This document shows, piece by piece, positions 25,770 to 39,836 of a stretch of DNA of 64,000 nt. Origin of the DNA: Octopus vulgaris (Eukaryota). Both the position numbers and the translations under genes were made by a program. The notes beneath the pieces were generated by a model. That model was not told the origin of the DNA. It did not search any database and saw only the letters and a list, made by a program, of their open reading frames with translations. How positions within the stretch are numbered: position 1 is the first letter of the stretch; every line of letters begins with the position of its first letter. Where the stretch lies: NCBI GenBank assembly GCA_951406725.2, contig OX597818.1, positions 114,762,001 through 114,826,000 on the forward strand, written 5' to 3'.

Positions 25770-26160
25770 AGATGACTACCTTGGCGTGTTTCTTGGCTGG
25801 TTCCCATGTCAGGCCGTTGGTTCTGAGCTCGTCCAAAATGTTCCGCTTCCATGTCTGATTCGGGCGTCCTCGCTTTCTTTTCCCCTGCAGGTTCCAGTCA
25901 AATTCTTGTTGTGTCACATTTGAGTGTTCTTTCTGCAGTGTGTGTCCGATCCCTCTCCATTTCCTTTGTCTAATATGAACATGTATAGGCTCTTGGTTGA
26001 CCCTTTCTCACAAGTCGGTGCTTGGTACTCTGTCGAACCACTTCAGATGGAGGATCTGCCGGAGACATTTGTTGATGAATGTCTGGATCTTCTTGTAGTT
26101 GCCACAGATTGCTCTCCATGTTTCAGAGCCATTCAAAATCACAGATTTTACGTTTGAACT
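25770..26160 (-). mobile_element. RTE-clade LINE 3' fragment
   Basis: Minus translation SNVKSVILNGSETWR...KIQTFINKCLRQILHLKWFDRVPSTDL*ER...RKWRGIGHTLQK...WNLQGKRKRGRPNQTW. Confidence 0.9.
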
Positions 26161-26442
26161 AAACTTTCCATAAGCCACACACACGTATTAAGTTTCATTA
26201 ATATCTGTTGGATAGTCTCGGAGGAGTTAAAGTAACAAATTTACAAACACACATATACAGCCACAAACAGACAGAAATTACCATTTATGTATATAGATAT
26301 GGTTAAATGTCTTCATTTGTTCCATATTTTATTGTGATAAATATTGGTAAGAACATAGGAGTTCAAGATATACTCGGTTATTGAGTCTTAAACTCCCTAA
26401 TAATGAATAGAGCATAATTGACGTTAACTATATGTATATGTA

Positions 26443-26525
<83 letters not shown>

Positions 26526-26748
26526 CAACATGAACAACAAGGATAACCAGAGGTAATAGAGTACGATCGTTTCATGCAACTCCATTTACTTGAACAATGC
26601 AATCATTACATCAATTTAAAATGTAGAACAATCTTCAGCTACACAAATACATAGAATGTAATAAATGAGAACAGATGGACACCTTAGTATAATTATACCT
26701 AAAATCTCCAAGAAGATAAGGAGAGAGAGAAATAACATGTTCTCTCTC

Positions 26749-26805
<57 letters not shown>

Positions 26806-27032
26806 ATATATATATATATATTTGGAATTTTTTTTATCCGTTTTATAAATGCAGAATATATGTATATAATTGATTTTGAGTGTGGTCATTAATTATGTTC
26901 CTCTAGTTTCCGCTTGCATTGCCTCCAATTAAGATTATTAAGCGGTATATAGCTCACTTGGAGCACTACAACTCCAGTCTGTAATTTGCTTGCGAATTTT
27001 GTTAACATTAGCAATCTCAAAAGAAAGCAGTG

Positions 27033-27092
<60 letters not shown>

Positions 27093-27364
27093 CAAAAATT
27101 TAGATTCAAATGAATAAAATACTTAATTTAGATGCTTCAGAATTTTGTATGGTGTTATCCATAGAAATCCGTGGGTTGATTATAATCAAAATAAGCAACA
27201 AGAATGACTCCGGTAATTTGGTACGATCGTTTCGTACAACTCATTTTATTAAATGTTGTAAGTATTACAACAGATTTAAAATGCTGAGTACTCATCAGCC
27301 AATTATAGAGGTTTTCCATTAATACAAAAAATTTCATATCAAGTGGCAACATTATAGAGAAGGT

Positions 27365-27692
27365 GTGTGGAGGCGCAATGGCCCAGTGATTAGGGCAGCG
27401 GACTCGCGGTCGTAGGATCGCGGTTTCGATTCCCAGACCGGGCGTTGTGAGTGTTTATTGAGCGAAAACACCTAAAGCTCCACGAAACTCCGGCAGGGAT
27501 GGTGGTGATCCCTACTGTACTCTTTCACCACAACTTTCTCTCACTCTCACTCTTACTTCCTGTTTCTGTTGTACCTGTATTTCAAAGGGCCGGCCTTGTC
27601 ACTCTCTGTGTCACGCTGAATATCCCCGAGAACTACGTTCCGTTGATCGGGTCAACCGGAACCCTCGTCGTCGTAACCGACGGAGTGCTTCC
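27365..27692 (+). mobile_element. SINE family C with internal ~60-bp deletion
   Basis: TSD atagagaaggt (27354-27364 / 27693-27703); tRNA-like A and B boxes. Confidence 0.92.
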
Positions 27693-29096
27693 ATAGAGAA
27701 GGTAGATATATAGACAAAGATGCGGATTTAAATTTTAAGAACATTTGAGGTAGTGGGGCCCCTCAACTGACTGACTAAAATTTGGTTGATCCAGACTACT
27801 GTAATGTTGTGAGAGAGAAGAATAAGTTGAAGGAGAGAATAAAGATATTCTAATTATAGAAATGGGGTAAAGAGGGTTTCAGAGTTCCATATAAGGAATT
27901 TATGTGGAAGGCTGCCTTCCACTCGGCATTTTAAATATGTTGTAATACTTACAACATTTAATAAAATGAGTAGTACGAAACGATCGTAACAAATTACCGG
28001 AGTCATTCTTGCTGCTTATTTTGAGTATATAAATATATATATATATATATACACATATATATATATATATATTATAGATATGTATAAAAACACTTCTTTC
28101 ATGCACGTAACAGATATATATACATAAATATGTACAGTATTTAGGAATGGTTGTTTTCCCGATATAAGTAAAATTTATGTTTATCATTCATATCCGTTAA
28201 TATCTGGGGATTATCCGGTGACTGCTACTACTAATTAACAAAGGATTTAAATGTCTAAATCAGTTGTTAGTAAAATTTACGTGTTTTGTATTGTTTCAGT
28301 GTCTGTCAGACAATATAGTCGATCAGAGATTATCGGTAAACATTACCTATCAAATTTAGTAAAAACAGCTGCCTGATAGTCTTCAATTGGAATAAGGAAA
28401 TTTGGTGTTATTATTTCCTGGTAGTTCATAGTAGAATCCTGATATATCGTCGATTTACAACTTCCTAATGGAATTGTCTCGATTTCCATCGCCATTATCT
28501 TTGACTTTTGATATCCGATTCAACTTCCTAAAATTTAACCTTAACAAGCGTCTTACGCCGGAACGAGAAAACACAATTGAATTGTCGATGAAAGTGAAAG
28601 AATAATAAACAAGAATAACACGATTATGTTTCAATAAAGCTGGAGAGGAAGAAAGATGAGCATTATTGATCGATTGGAAATATAATAGAGTTTTTGTCAA
28701 TGAAACAAAACGATTAGTTATTAACAGAGGGACGTTAAGATTTTAAACGGCGAGTAACAGGGGAGTGTTATATGGACATGAAAATGTCGTTGTGGAGTAC
28801 ATTAATTGAAAGATGTTTTTCACATTTTCTATCATCTCAGCGTAATGCATCATCTCTGACAAGATAAATTTGATCGGGAAAAGAAATGTAAATTTAAGAA
28901 AACCAAGATAGATTATATCAAGCAAACGTTATCCATGCTATAAATAGTATAAGCTGAGTGATTAACTGAAAACAGAAGGAAAAATTCGAGTATATACGAT
29001 TATATATTGTAGTAGGGAATTTATATCTGCCAGTTGAGTGGCTATATCATCAACTAGAGACATTACGAAGTATTATTTCTAAATTAAAATAATTAT

Positions 29097-29501
29097 ATTT
29101 CTTTACTACCCACAAGGGGCTATAAACATAGAGGGGACAAACAACAAGGACAGATAAAGGGATTAAGTCGATTACATCGACCCCAGTGTGAAACTGGTAC
29201 TTAATTTATCGACCCCGAAAGGATGAAAGGCAAAGTCGACCTCGGCGTAATTTGAACTCAGAACGTAACGGCAGACGAAATACCTATTTCTTTACTGCCT
29301 ACAAGGGGCTAAACAAAGAAAGGACAAACGGATTAAGTCGATTATATCGACCCCAGTGCGTAACTGGTATTTATTTAATCGACCCCGAAATGAAGAAAGG
29401 CAAATCGACCTCGGCGGAATTTGAACTTAGAACGTAGCCGCGGACGAAATACCACAAAGCATTTCGCCCGGAGTGCTAACGTTTCTGCCGGCTCGCCGCC
29501 T
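29097..29501 (-). mobile_element. SINE family B dimer
   Basis: Two internal units; TSD ttctaa(a/g)ttaaaataat at about 29077 and 29502. Confidence 0.9.
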
Positions 29502-30151
29502 TTCTAAGTTAAAATAATATTAGTTTACAGCCCGCTTATATATATTAAAAGAAAGGCATTTAAAATAGAATACAATCAAAATGTTATGCAATTCTAAGAA
29601 AGGAATAACAGAATTGGAACTGACGAGTCACTTCTGGCTTGTTTCAAGGTGAACTTGTAATTTCGAATTGTGTTTTTTTCTAAGGGTCTCATTTTGAATA
29701 ACTTACACGCTCTTAGTTCTCAACGAGAGGGCTGCACGCGAAATGATAGATATAAACACATGTAGACATGCGCGGGCGCACACAGCCAAAGAATGTCGCC
29801 TGAAACCTGAGAACATATTATTTAGTTGTGTTTAGAAACCTTGATACCAACACAAATGCGTGTGCCTGCGTTTGTATGTGTTTATGCATGTGCTAGCTTG
29901 AAGAAATAAAATTCCTCTGTACACCTATTTTAAGTGCGTGCGGTTCTCCGCCCATATTTCTAAAGCCACTTAGCTTCTATGCATGCCTTTCACGCACCTG
30001 TTAACCTTGTTTGTGTTCTCTTAATACTATCATATTGAAACACACTCAGATATTTACCAATTTCATGCTCCAAGAAATACCGACATGCATATACATGCAT
30101 ACAATCATACGTACTTACATATGAACACATGCACACATAGGCACATGTATA

Positions 30152-30214
<63 letters not shown>

Positions 30215-30302
30215 AGTTCAGTAAAATTTAGATTCAGTTGAATACGGTACTTAAGTTAAAGGCAACAGAATTTAGTATGGTATTATCCATATAATTCAAA
30301 AT

Positions 30303-30346
<44 letters not shown>

Positions 30347-30459
30347 GCATAAATGTATATATGTGTGTATGTATGTATGTGTTTGTGTATATATATGTAT
30401 ACCGTATATACATACATAAATGCGTGTGTATATACATACACATATACAAACACAAATGA

Positions 30460-30503
<44 letters not shown>

Positions 30504-31237
30504 TCATATATATGCATGTGTATTTGTATCTGGTTGTATATCTATGGGAGAGGTACTTGCGTATAATCTTCTATTTGTAGTCATTCGCATTGACGCCATA
30601 ATTCTTTGATAATTTTCGAAAACTCGTAACCAAATTCAACTGTAGTAATATCAATGTAATGGACACCATATCTACTCAACGGACAAGCGAGTAATGAAAC
30701 AGTTTCTTGATTAATAAAGGTTCACGCAAACGCCAGTTCGCCTATATTTAGTACCCTTTCAACTTTTGTAATATTTTGAATATATTTGCATAAATAATAA
30801 ACGTTTTTTGGCATGGTATTCTAAAGAAGGAAACTATATCAAACCCAAAGAACAAAATGTCTAAATATAAGGAACCCATTCGCATTTATTTGATAACGTT
30901 AATGTTTAATCGATGGAAAATATTTTCATGAGACTTTGTGTAGTTGGTGACTTGTACAATTTAGTAGCGAATATGGAAGTGTACGCTACGTATCCATACT
31001 TCAAGGAAGAAGCTACATTGTAAATCATTTGGTCCATTGATTAGGAAATAAGACTATTTTTTCAATATTGGTTCGTGGGAAGAAATTGTGTTCAAAATAT
31101 TGATTTGTTTTCAATGTTTTGCTGTAGAAGGGAAAGTTTATAAATTCTCCCATTAGAGATTTTCTCAATTTTTATCCCATTAGCAACGGCAATTGCAACA
31201 AAATCTGAAAAATAATCACGGTGTCAAAACAACAACG

Positions 31238-31238
<1 letters not shown>

Positions 31239-31326
<88 letters not shown>

Positions 31327-31342
31327 AACAATAATAATAATA

Positions 31343-31432
<90 letters not shown>
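31239..31432. repeat. (AAT)n/(AAC)n microsatellite
   Basis: Direct reading; abuts the tail of a family B SINE. Confidence 0.95.
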
Positions 31433-31434
31433 TT

Positions 31435-31635
31435 CTTTTCTACAAAAAGCGTGAGCCCTGAAACATTGGGAAGGGGCTAGACGATTACATCGACCCCAGT
31501 ACGTAACTGGTGCTTATTCAATCGACCCCGAAAGGATGGAAGGCAAAGACGATCTCGGCGGAATTTGAACGCAGATCGTAAAGACGGACGAAATACTGTT
31601 AAGCATTTTTCCCGGCGTGCTAACAATTCTGCCAT
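31435..31635 (-). mobile_element. SINE family B (short-tail variant)
   Basis: catcgaccccagtacgtaactgg...gaccccgaaaggatggaaggcaaag...ggaatttgaac. Confidence 0.82.
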
Positions 31636-32134
31636 CGATCGCAGGTGAGAAGACTATCGATAAAGCGTGGGAACGTGCATTTGTACGCGCAAGTACATCA
31701 GCTGTTGTGATCGATACTACGCGTACGTGAGAAAAATTCAAAGACACGTTTCTTTCCTGCCAAGCTTACTGTTTAAACCATGTTTTTGCTCTCCCAGTTA
31801 ACAGCCTTATCATTACTGGTACTTTGAACTCTTCGGTTGCATATTTGTGTGAATAAAATCGTTTTTCTTTGGAATAGAAAAAAGTCTATCTTTATTTTTT
31901 TTGTTTTGCTGGTGTCTCAAATTTTGGTTAAATCAGTGTTTCTCAAAGGGGAGGCCTATGGGACGGTCGGACAAGTTGTTTTGAGAAAATTTGGTTTAAA
32001 TGTTTGACAACTCAGCAACGTTTTGCTCGTGTATATATATATATATATATATATATACATGTGATCTCTTGAGCACCACCAGCAAAAATATTTTTTTCCT
32101 CTGTCTTCCCTTCTTGGGATCTTTCCTTCTCCTT

Positions 32135-32169
32135 GTTTCCGACGAAGAGCTCCGCTCGAAACGTTAAAC
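32135..32169 (+). ncRNA. Minimal hammerhead-like motif in a ~190-bp (TA)n-flanked module
   Basis: gttt CCGACGA a gagc-tcc-gctc GAAA cg TT aaac: stem I gttt/aaac, stem II gagc/gctc, palindromic ACGT at stem III. Confidence 0.6.
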
Positions 32170-32262
32170 CCTACTTCCCTTCTTTCCTGAGCGTCAAATA
32201 ATACTTTAATTGTTCCACGTCCTCGCATTGCTGTGTTTTTTTCTGTGTTTTCTTGTTTGGAT

Positions 32263-32313
<51 letters not shown>

Positions 32314-32447
32314 TAAAAGCTAGTACATCCCAATGCTACACATGTATATATCTGAACATTTGTAGAGATGAGCCACATTTGGAATAAAAAATGCAGATTC
32401 TCCACTTTACCTTCAAACATTCAATTTTGAGGAGAATCCCTTGATGA

Positions 32448-32501
<54 letters not shown>

Positions 32502-32559
32502 TGTGTGTTTGGGAACATGTCCACATTTATACTGTGTAACTTCGATCACGCCTCTTTCA

Positions 32560-33245
32560 ATTTCATCTTTTTACATTAGAGAACATTCGTATAACACTTG
32601 CAAACTGTACTGTCTCCGCTTTTCTTTCAAACATTCTATTTTGGAGAGAATTGTTTGATGAAATGTACTTCCATTGCTTTTCGGTATTGCGTATCGTCCC
32701 GGGAACATTTGTAAAAGGGAAAAATTTTGAATTTTCCGTCGCTGCATATTTCCGGATGCTCAGTGGATTCTTGCATAAGTCCTCTTGTCGGATATGTTGC
32801 CTGTGGGTTCTTGCACGTTGGCAGAGGGAATTATTTGTTTCGCCAATGTAATTTTCTTTGCAGTTTCGGCAGGTAATGCAGTATATAAGGTTTTGTTTTG
32901 CAGTTCATATCTGCCTTTATTTTGAAAAGGGATCCGCTCTTAAATTTTATATGTGAACCACTTTCCAAGTATTTGAAGTTGTTGATGTTACTGTATGCTC
33001 CACATCTCCTATCTCCACATTCTTTTACTAAGAATTCGGATTCATTCTCTGATTTGAATTCTACCCTAGTGAGGTGTTTTTATTCGTTATTGTTCCTTCT
33101 GAGTGTCTTGGTTCTTCCTTCTATTAGGTATGGTTTGTTAACATTTCCAGTATTTTATCTTTATAATAGGCCTTGTCCATGATTACTATCGCCCCTCCCT
33201 TTTCGGATTCTTTTAGGATGACTGAATTGTCATTCTTCAGTGTAG
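32560..33245 (-). mobile_element. Internally deleted Penelope-like element (RT N-terminal piece close to GIY-YIG endonuclease)
   Basis: Minus translation TLKNDNSVILKESEKGGAIVIMDKAYYKDKILEML (cf. IKxADKG) and LIYCITCRNCKENYIGETNNSLCQRARTHRQHIR...RKAMEVHFIKQFSPK (GIY-YIG). Confidence 0.88.
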
Positions 33246-33394
33246 AAAATTCAGGAAGAAATCCGAAGTGTAGGAGGTAGAGACAGGATAAAACATCTAT
33301 ATATAGATGGAATTTACAAAAAGACAAAAGACGAAGACAGGTGTATAAACAACTAACAAGTGTATTAGTTTAACGCTCAGGAAGGTAAGAAAGT

Positions 33395-33430
33395 CTTTTA
33401 CGTTTCGAGCCTACGCTCTTCAACAGAAAA
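33395..33430 (-). ncRNA. Minimal hammerhead-like motif, related to the 32135 module
   Basis: Minus strand tttt CTGTTGA a gagc-gtag-gctc GAAA cg TA aaag; downstream ttcctgagcgt.aaa..taatac is shared with the 32135 module. Confidence 0.55.
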
Positions 33431-34403
33431 GAACACGACAAAATAAACAAAGGAAAAAACTTTAGTAAGAAAAAACGACAATCGGAAAAAGCAGAAAGTA
33501 CAAAAAAATTATGGATAGATAGATAGATAGATACTATAAATATCCATATAACTTCTGTGTACCAATTTTATACACAGAACTCTGACCGGACTGATACTAT
33601 AACAGCAAACATTTTCCAGGGAATCACTTACTGCGATCGAACGTGAAACCACATATCAGTGAAGCGAAGTTCTTAACCTCAAAGCTATTTATGGTGAACC
33701 ATTTTCAGTGTATATCATACTACATCCGTGTGTTTATCTCCAGAAACTAAAAAGACAGTCGATATTAATTAGTGCATGAGAAGACTTGGAATGTAAACAC
33801 TAACATTAGCCGAATTTGGTGAATATATTATTCAAACAAACGTTCATATAAGCTTGGTATATCAAATAGATATATTCCTATTTTGTACCTGAAATAAATC
33901 ACATTACATACATATCTCATTCAGATATAATCCATTAATATGAGTAAAGTAAGGGTTAGATATTAAAAAAAAGGAAAAAACGCATTTCTTTGTTCCTATA
34001 ATACTATGAATATCTACGGTTTTAACGCATTTTCTTACATTCTTTATTTCCTTTTATCCGTTTATATGCAATACATGAAAATAATATCTGTTTATCGATA
34101 TGTTTATATTAATAAAACAGAAGTATCTTATTGGCTAGGCTCACCTATGGATCTGTTTACTTCAATACAGTCTATTTTCTTGTTTTACACATCCATAATC
34201 CATTAACCAGTAATAATACTTGGTTACAAATAATCTACAGATACACTTCTGTGTGTTCGTTTCTCTGTTCGACTATTTTCTTTATTTCTTTTAATCTCAT
34301 AACAGCAGTTGTTGTTTCGGATTATTTAAAATCCCTTCCTATATTATATTTGACAATTTATGCATTTCTATCCATCTGTCTGTCGAAATGCATACACACA
34401 TGC

Positions 34404-34729
<326 letters not shown>

Positions 34730-34845
34730 CTGACACTGTGGAAGCCGGTTATTTTAATCACAGTCGATGCTATCTAATGCTGATTTTTATCTAAATGGTT
34801 CTATCCCGAATTGATCAAAATATGATACTTCCGCACACACGCGCA

Positions 34846-34891
<46 letters not shown>

Positions 34892-35838
34892 AACAAACAA
34901 ACAAACACATATGTTTTAATACACAGGGAGAGACGCGCAGTTAAACACAGAGGGACAGAATACAGTGCGAGTGAATGGTAAGCCAACGCTGGGAGCAAAT
35001 AATAATTTTTATTGTATCTGTTGATATACAAACCTAATGGCTTCTTAAAACTGTCTCCATTTGAGCTCCTCTATAACTAATCGGTAAAGTTCTTAGGTTA
35101 TTTTCAATCTAGTTGAATTAGTATAAAACACCCAGCAAATTCAATGATTAAGTGTACCATGATTTATTAGTCATTTGAAAACAATCAATAAGAAATGTAC
35201 GTAGAGTTTTGAATTTTAAAAAAATATTTTCACTTTACTAATGTGATTTGTACATTAATTTAGAAATAGAAATAAAATGGAACACTTTATAACAAGATGC
35301 GAATCCAAAACAACAAATAAAATCGACACATATGGAAGACGTTGGCTAATAAAACCAAATGTAATTTATCGCCGAGGTGTACGTATGTCTACCTTAATAT
35401 CTGTGTAAGCTGTTAGTTCGTAGAGTATTGATTAACTTCTGCTTGTGCAGTGGAACACTCGCTTGCTGCATAGGACGTTAGTTTGTGAGTTGGCAAGAAT
35501 CAATGGAGCATTGTGTTATTGTATGGCTTAGAAACAGCACAGGTGGAAGGGAAAGGGGGGGGGGGTGAAAAGTTCATGTCGAGTTAACCTGTTACAGCAC
35601 CTGATATGTCAGTGGACACGGCTAAATTCGTTTCTAATATAACACATACCATCAGACACAATCACTCCATGTGCAGATAGGCATTAATTAAATAAGCACT
35701 TGTGCAAAGTTGATTAAGTGTTCAGCTCCAAAGGTGTCGATTATCTACCTGTTTTGCTTGCAGTATGTTCATAACTCTATTAAGGAAAGCATGAAGCTCA
35801 GAAGTCAGATTTTATTTCTTAAACCCTATTAACTGTAA

Positions 35839-36057
35839 GGCGTAAGAGTGGCTGTGTGGTAAGTAGCTTGCTTACCAACCACATGGTTCCGAGTTCAGTC
35901 CAACTGCGTGGCACCTTGGGCAAGTGTCTTCTACTATAGCCTCGGCCGACCAAAGCCTTGTGAGTGGATTTGATAGACGGAAACTGAAAGAAGCCTGTCG
36001 TATATATGTATGTATGTATGTATGTATATATATATATATGGATGTATGTATATATGA

Positions 36058-36090
<33 letters not shown>

Positions 36091-36347
36091 TGTATGTATG
36101 TATGTATGTATGTATGTATGTGTGCGTATGTTTGTGTGTCTGTGTTTGTCCCTCCCCCCCAACATCGCTTTACAACCAATGCTGGTGTATTAACGTCCCC
36201 GTAACTTAGCGGTTCGGTAAAAGTGACCGATAGAATAAGTACTAGGCTTGCAAAGAATAAGTCCTGGGGTCGATTCGCTCGACTGAAGGCGGTGCTCCAG
36301 CATGGTCACAGTCACATGACTGAAACAAATAAAAGAGTAAAAGAGTA
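35839..36347 (+). mobile_element. SINE family A, full length, with internal (TATG)n
   Basis: Family A head and tail; short TSD aactgta. Confidence 0.92.
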
Positions 36348-37417
36348 AACTGTATCCATCATAGTCTAAAATTTAAATTACAAATATTTCATGGCGGCTA
36401 TAGCAAGGAAAATATAGAGTGTGGGACGGGAAGTGATTCAGTTAGAGCAGGTGAAAAGAAAAACGGTGGGGGGTGCTGAATGAGAGGAGGGGAATATGGC
36501 AGAGGAAGTATAATAACGATTGCGGTGTTCTAGAAGCTGCGAGCTGGATGGCGTCCAATATGACAAAAGGACTAAGTGAGAAAGAGACAGTTCGGGGGTT
36601 GACTTAGTACTAGCAGCAGGGCCAAAAAGAGAAGCTGGGAAAATACGATAAAAGGAGAGAGAATAAAAAATAAAAGATAGAGTGAGGGTAAAGAGAGTTA
36701 TGTACAGTGAGAGCAGGTAACAAAAAAGAGAAAAAAAAACAGAGAAAAATGAATGAAGGGGAAAAGAAAGAAAGAAAGAAAGAAAGAAAGAAAAAAAGAG
36801 AAAACATAGAGCGCATATTACTTACGAATGGAGTATTCAGTCGATGGAAAATTCATCCCGAATTGAATAAAAATTTACTCACAGATCTCACTTTTGTGTC
36901 TAGAAAGTGTATTTAAATACCTGTCTATAGATAAACTATGTATACAACATTAAAAAGAAAGCACTGTAAATATATTAATTATTTGTATACACACATTCGC
37001 ACACACTCGTACCCACACACTCATACGCGCACAAACGAATGTGTACTTACATATATATATATACATAAATGTATGTATGTGAGAGGCTATTTGTGTCCAT
37101 GTATCAGAATGTTTTAATGTATCGTTGTAAAATAATACTTTGCGCTTTGAAGTTTGCTGAAAACGGTTACTTAGCCAGTCGCAAAATATAGATATGTTTA
37201 AACAAGTTACCTTATTTAAATAAGTATTGCTTTGTTCACAAACACACACATACACACACACTCACACACACAAATACATACATACATACATACATACATA
37301 CATACATACATACATACATACACACATACATACATACATACATACATACATACATACATACATACATACATACATACATACATACATACATACATACGCA
37401 CGTACATACATACATAA

Positions 37418-37665
37418 CTGAAGCACTAGGTTTTGTCAGTGAATGCAGAAAGAAGAATCTGGATAAACTGGGATTTTCAGAGAGAGAAATCGACCAGCTG
37501 ATTCGTACATTACAAGTGCAATCTGTGAGTGGAACAGTAAAAATATGCAAGATTTTTCTCAAGTTACAAATGCGAATTTGTCTGTATTAACTACATCCCA
37601 AAAATGGAGCCTTGAATCTTTATTGGAAACCGGCTCCCTCCTCCGTGGAAGATTTATAATAATTA
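37418..37665 (+). mobile_element. R4/Dong-like RLE LINE 3' end abutting (CATA)n
   Basis: ALGFVSECRKKNLDKLGFSEREIDQLIRTLQVQSVSGTVKICKIFLKL, followed by 3' UTR ggagccttg...gaaaccggctc. Confidence 0.75.
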
Positions 37666-37876
37666 AAAAATAGAAGAGACATGTATATATAGCAATGTTG
37701 CTATATTATTGTGAAAAGATGGAAAACTGTAAGCCAGACTAGCAACATCTCCATCAATGATTTGTCTGATTCTCCTATATTTGATGAGGAATGTTACAGG
37801 TATCTAGTGGTGGATGAAAATATATCTTGCAACGACACCTGAAAAAAACACGTTTCATTAAAGAATATTTAACACA

Positions 37877-38230
37877 CTGGGATATTTAACACACTGCCTA
37901 AATTCCCTGAGAAATTAGGCTTCTCAAAACCAGCAAGGAGAAAGCTGATTCGAAGACTACAGATCCAATCCATCACTGAAACTAGAAATTTGTAAAACTT
38001 TCCAGAAGTTTATTATTGAAATATATAACGAGCATGTCTAGATATGCGAATAAATGCTTGAAAATACATACACAAAGAATAAACAAAACATACAAATCTA
38101 CACGTATGCATACATACATGTATACAAAATTATCCTGTTGATGTTGAAATTCCACTGAAGAAACCTTGGCGCTAGGTTAGAAACCGGCTCCTTTTTTATT
38201 GGCAAGAAATCTTAAAATAAAATTGAATAA
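37877..38230 (+). mobile_element. R4/Dong-like RLE LINE 3' end
   Basis: EKLGFSKPARRKLIRRLQIQSIT; 3' UTR homologous to about 48060-48350. Confidence 0.8.
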
Positions 38231-39027
38231 TATATCCATTAGCATGGACCCTCAGGAATTCTGGAGGGTGCTGTCCAACATGCTGGAAAAACTACTGCTT
38301 TGTCAAAGGATCTCCCTATGAGACATGAATCTATTTCATTTAATCTAGGGACTAATTCATATCAAAGAATAAAAAGGATAGAAAATAAATTCAAGGAAAC
38401 ATGATATTAATAGTTAACGCAATTTTATATGCAGGTAATTCAGTTGACTAAACGGAATCCATTTTACTCACACTGGGGACCACATCATCACAAATAAAGG
38501 AGAGGATGGAAATCATTTAGAGCAAAACACCAAATACATTTTAGGAAACACGAATTAATTATAAGAGATAATGCACTGGTTATGTTTATGCATGAACAGG
38601 CTAATTTAGTAATTCATTTAAAACATATCGTACTTTCGTCAAATACCAGTCAGCCATGTTTATTAACTAATTTAGCGATGCAGAAGCAGGATGAGAAACA
38701 GCTGAATCAGCCTTTCTGGCTTTGTTAGTGTTGTTTGGTCCATCGTGAGCGCTAATAAAAGATGGTGGTTATCAAAAGTTTTCTAACAAAAGCCATCTTT
38801 ACCTATTCTACATCAAGAAGAGCTGTATTGTCTTTATATAAGGGAAAAGTATGATTTGTAAGGGGCGGATTTAGCTGTCATTTCTGCCAGTTCACGTGGT
38901 TGTATAAAGGTTCCATAGATTAGCTTTTGCTGGGTTGGCGTTCTTAATACGTTCGTAATTCGATAAAATGCAGTAACGTACACATACGCGTGCATATTTA
39001 CTCAAACACACACACACACACACACGC

Positions 39028-39076
<49 letters not shown>

Positions 39077-39130
39077 GTCATACACACACATACGCACGGA
39101 CACATAATATATATAGCAATATATATAGTA

Positions 39131-39643
39131 CTAGCAGTATCGCCCGGCGTTGCTCGGGTTTGTAAGGGAAATAACTATATAAACATTTTTAGAGAGTTAC
39201 TTCCCTTATAGATGCCAATTCGGGCTTTCTTAGCCATTTCTGTTTTGGTGTCTTCAAGCCATGAAGTCGTTGTTCTAAAAGAACGCTGGTCTCCTTGACA
39301 ACGCTTTACGACGTTGATTTCCTTACACTCCCTTCCACACAGCTTCACGAGGGAGGGAAGAAGGGGGAGAAGCAAACAGGTGCAGGTGTGACCATGGACG
39401 CCAACTCCGCCGCCATCGACACACGAAAAATTATGCATTAAAATGGAATAAAAAATGATGTTAAATTATTTTTAAAATCGTAGACTCATCGTAGACGCGC
39501 GCTAATACTCAGACGTGCTCGATATGAATCACGACTATAAAATACCCGAATTTGGTTAAACTGCACCGCAAAATGTGGGAGTAGTTAGGAATCTAAATCG
39601 AAGGGGACAGACACTCACACAACTACAGTTTTATATATATAGA
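39131..39643 (-). mobile_element. Complete non-autonomous Helitron (~513 bp)
   Basis: Minus strand begins A|TCTATATATATAAAACTGTAG and ends cccgagcaacgccggg hairpin...CTAG|T; inserted between A and T with no TSD. Confidence 0.88.
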
Positions 39644-39774
39644 TATATTTATAAGCAATCAAGAAAGCGGAAACATGAATCTCTGAAGGTTTGAATAAAT
39701 TGAATATATACACAAATACATACATTTATACAGACAGACAGACACACACACACACACGCACACACACACACACG

Positions 39775-39836
<62 letters not shown>

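Noticed and set aside
28450-31130. Faint Gypsy RNase H-like (about 28740-28820) and integrase-like (about 30600-30760, SRYGV..ITT) traces
   Set aside because: Only a few residues match and this could be chance.
35330-35800. Repeat-free stretches with TAAT/CATTGT motifs (also 53100-53700 with TATAAATA) as enhancer or promoter
   Set aside because: Such short motifs are expected by chance in AT-rich DNA; conservation or chromatin data would be needed.
38155-38190. CTGAAGA-aacct..aggtt-a-GAAA-ccgg hammerhead-like reading in a LINE 3' UTR
   Set aside because: Sister copies read atgaaggagcc and favour an alternative ggagcc/ggctc stem, so the core match looks coincidental.
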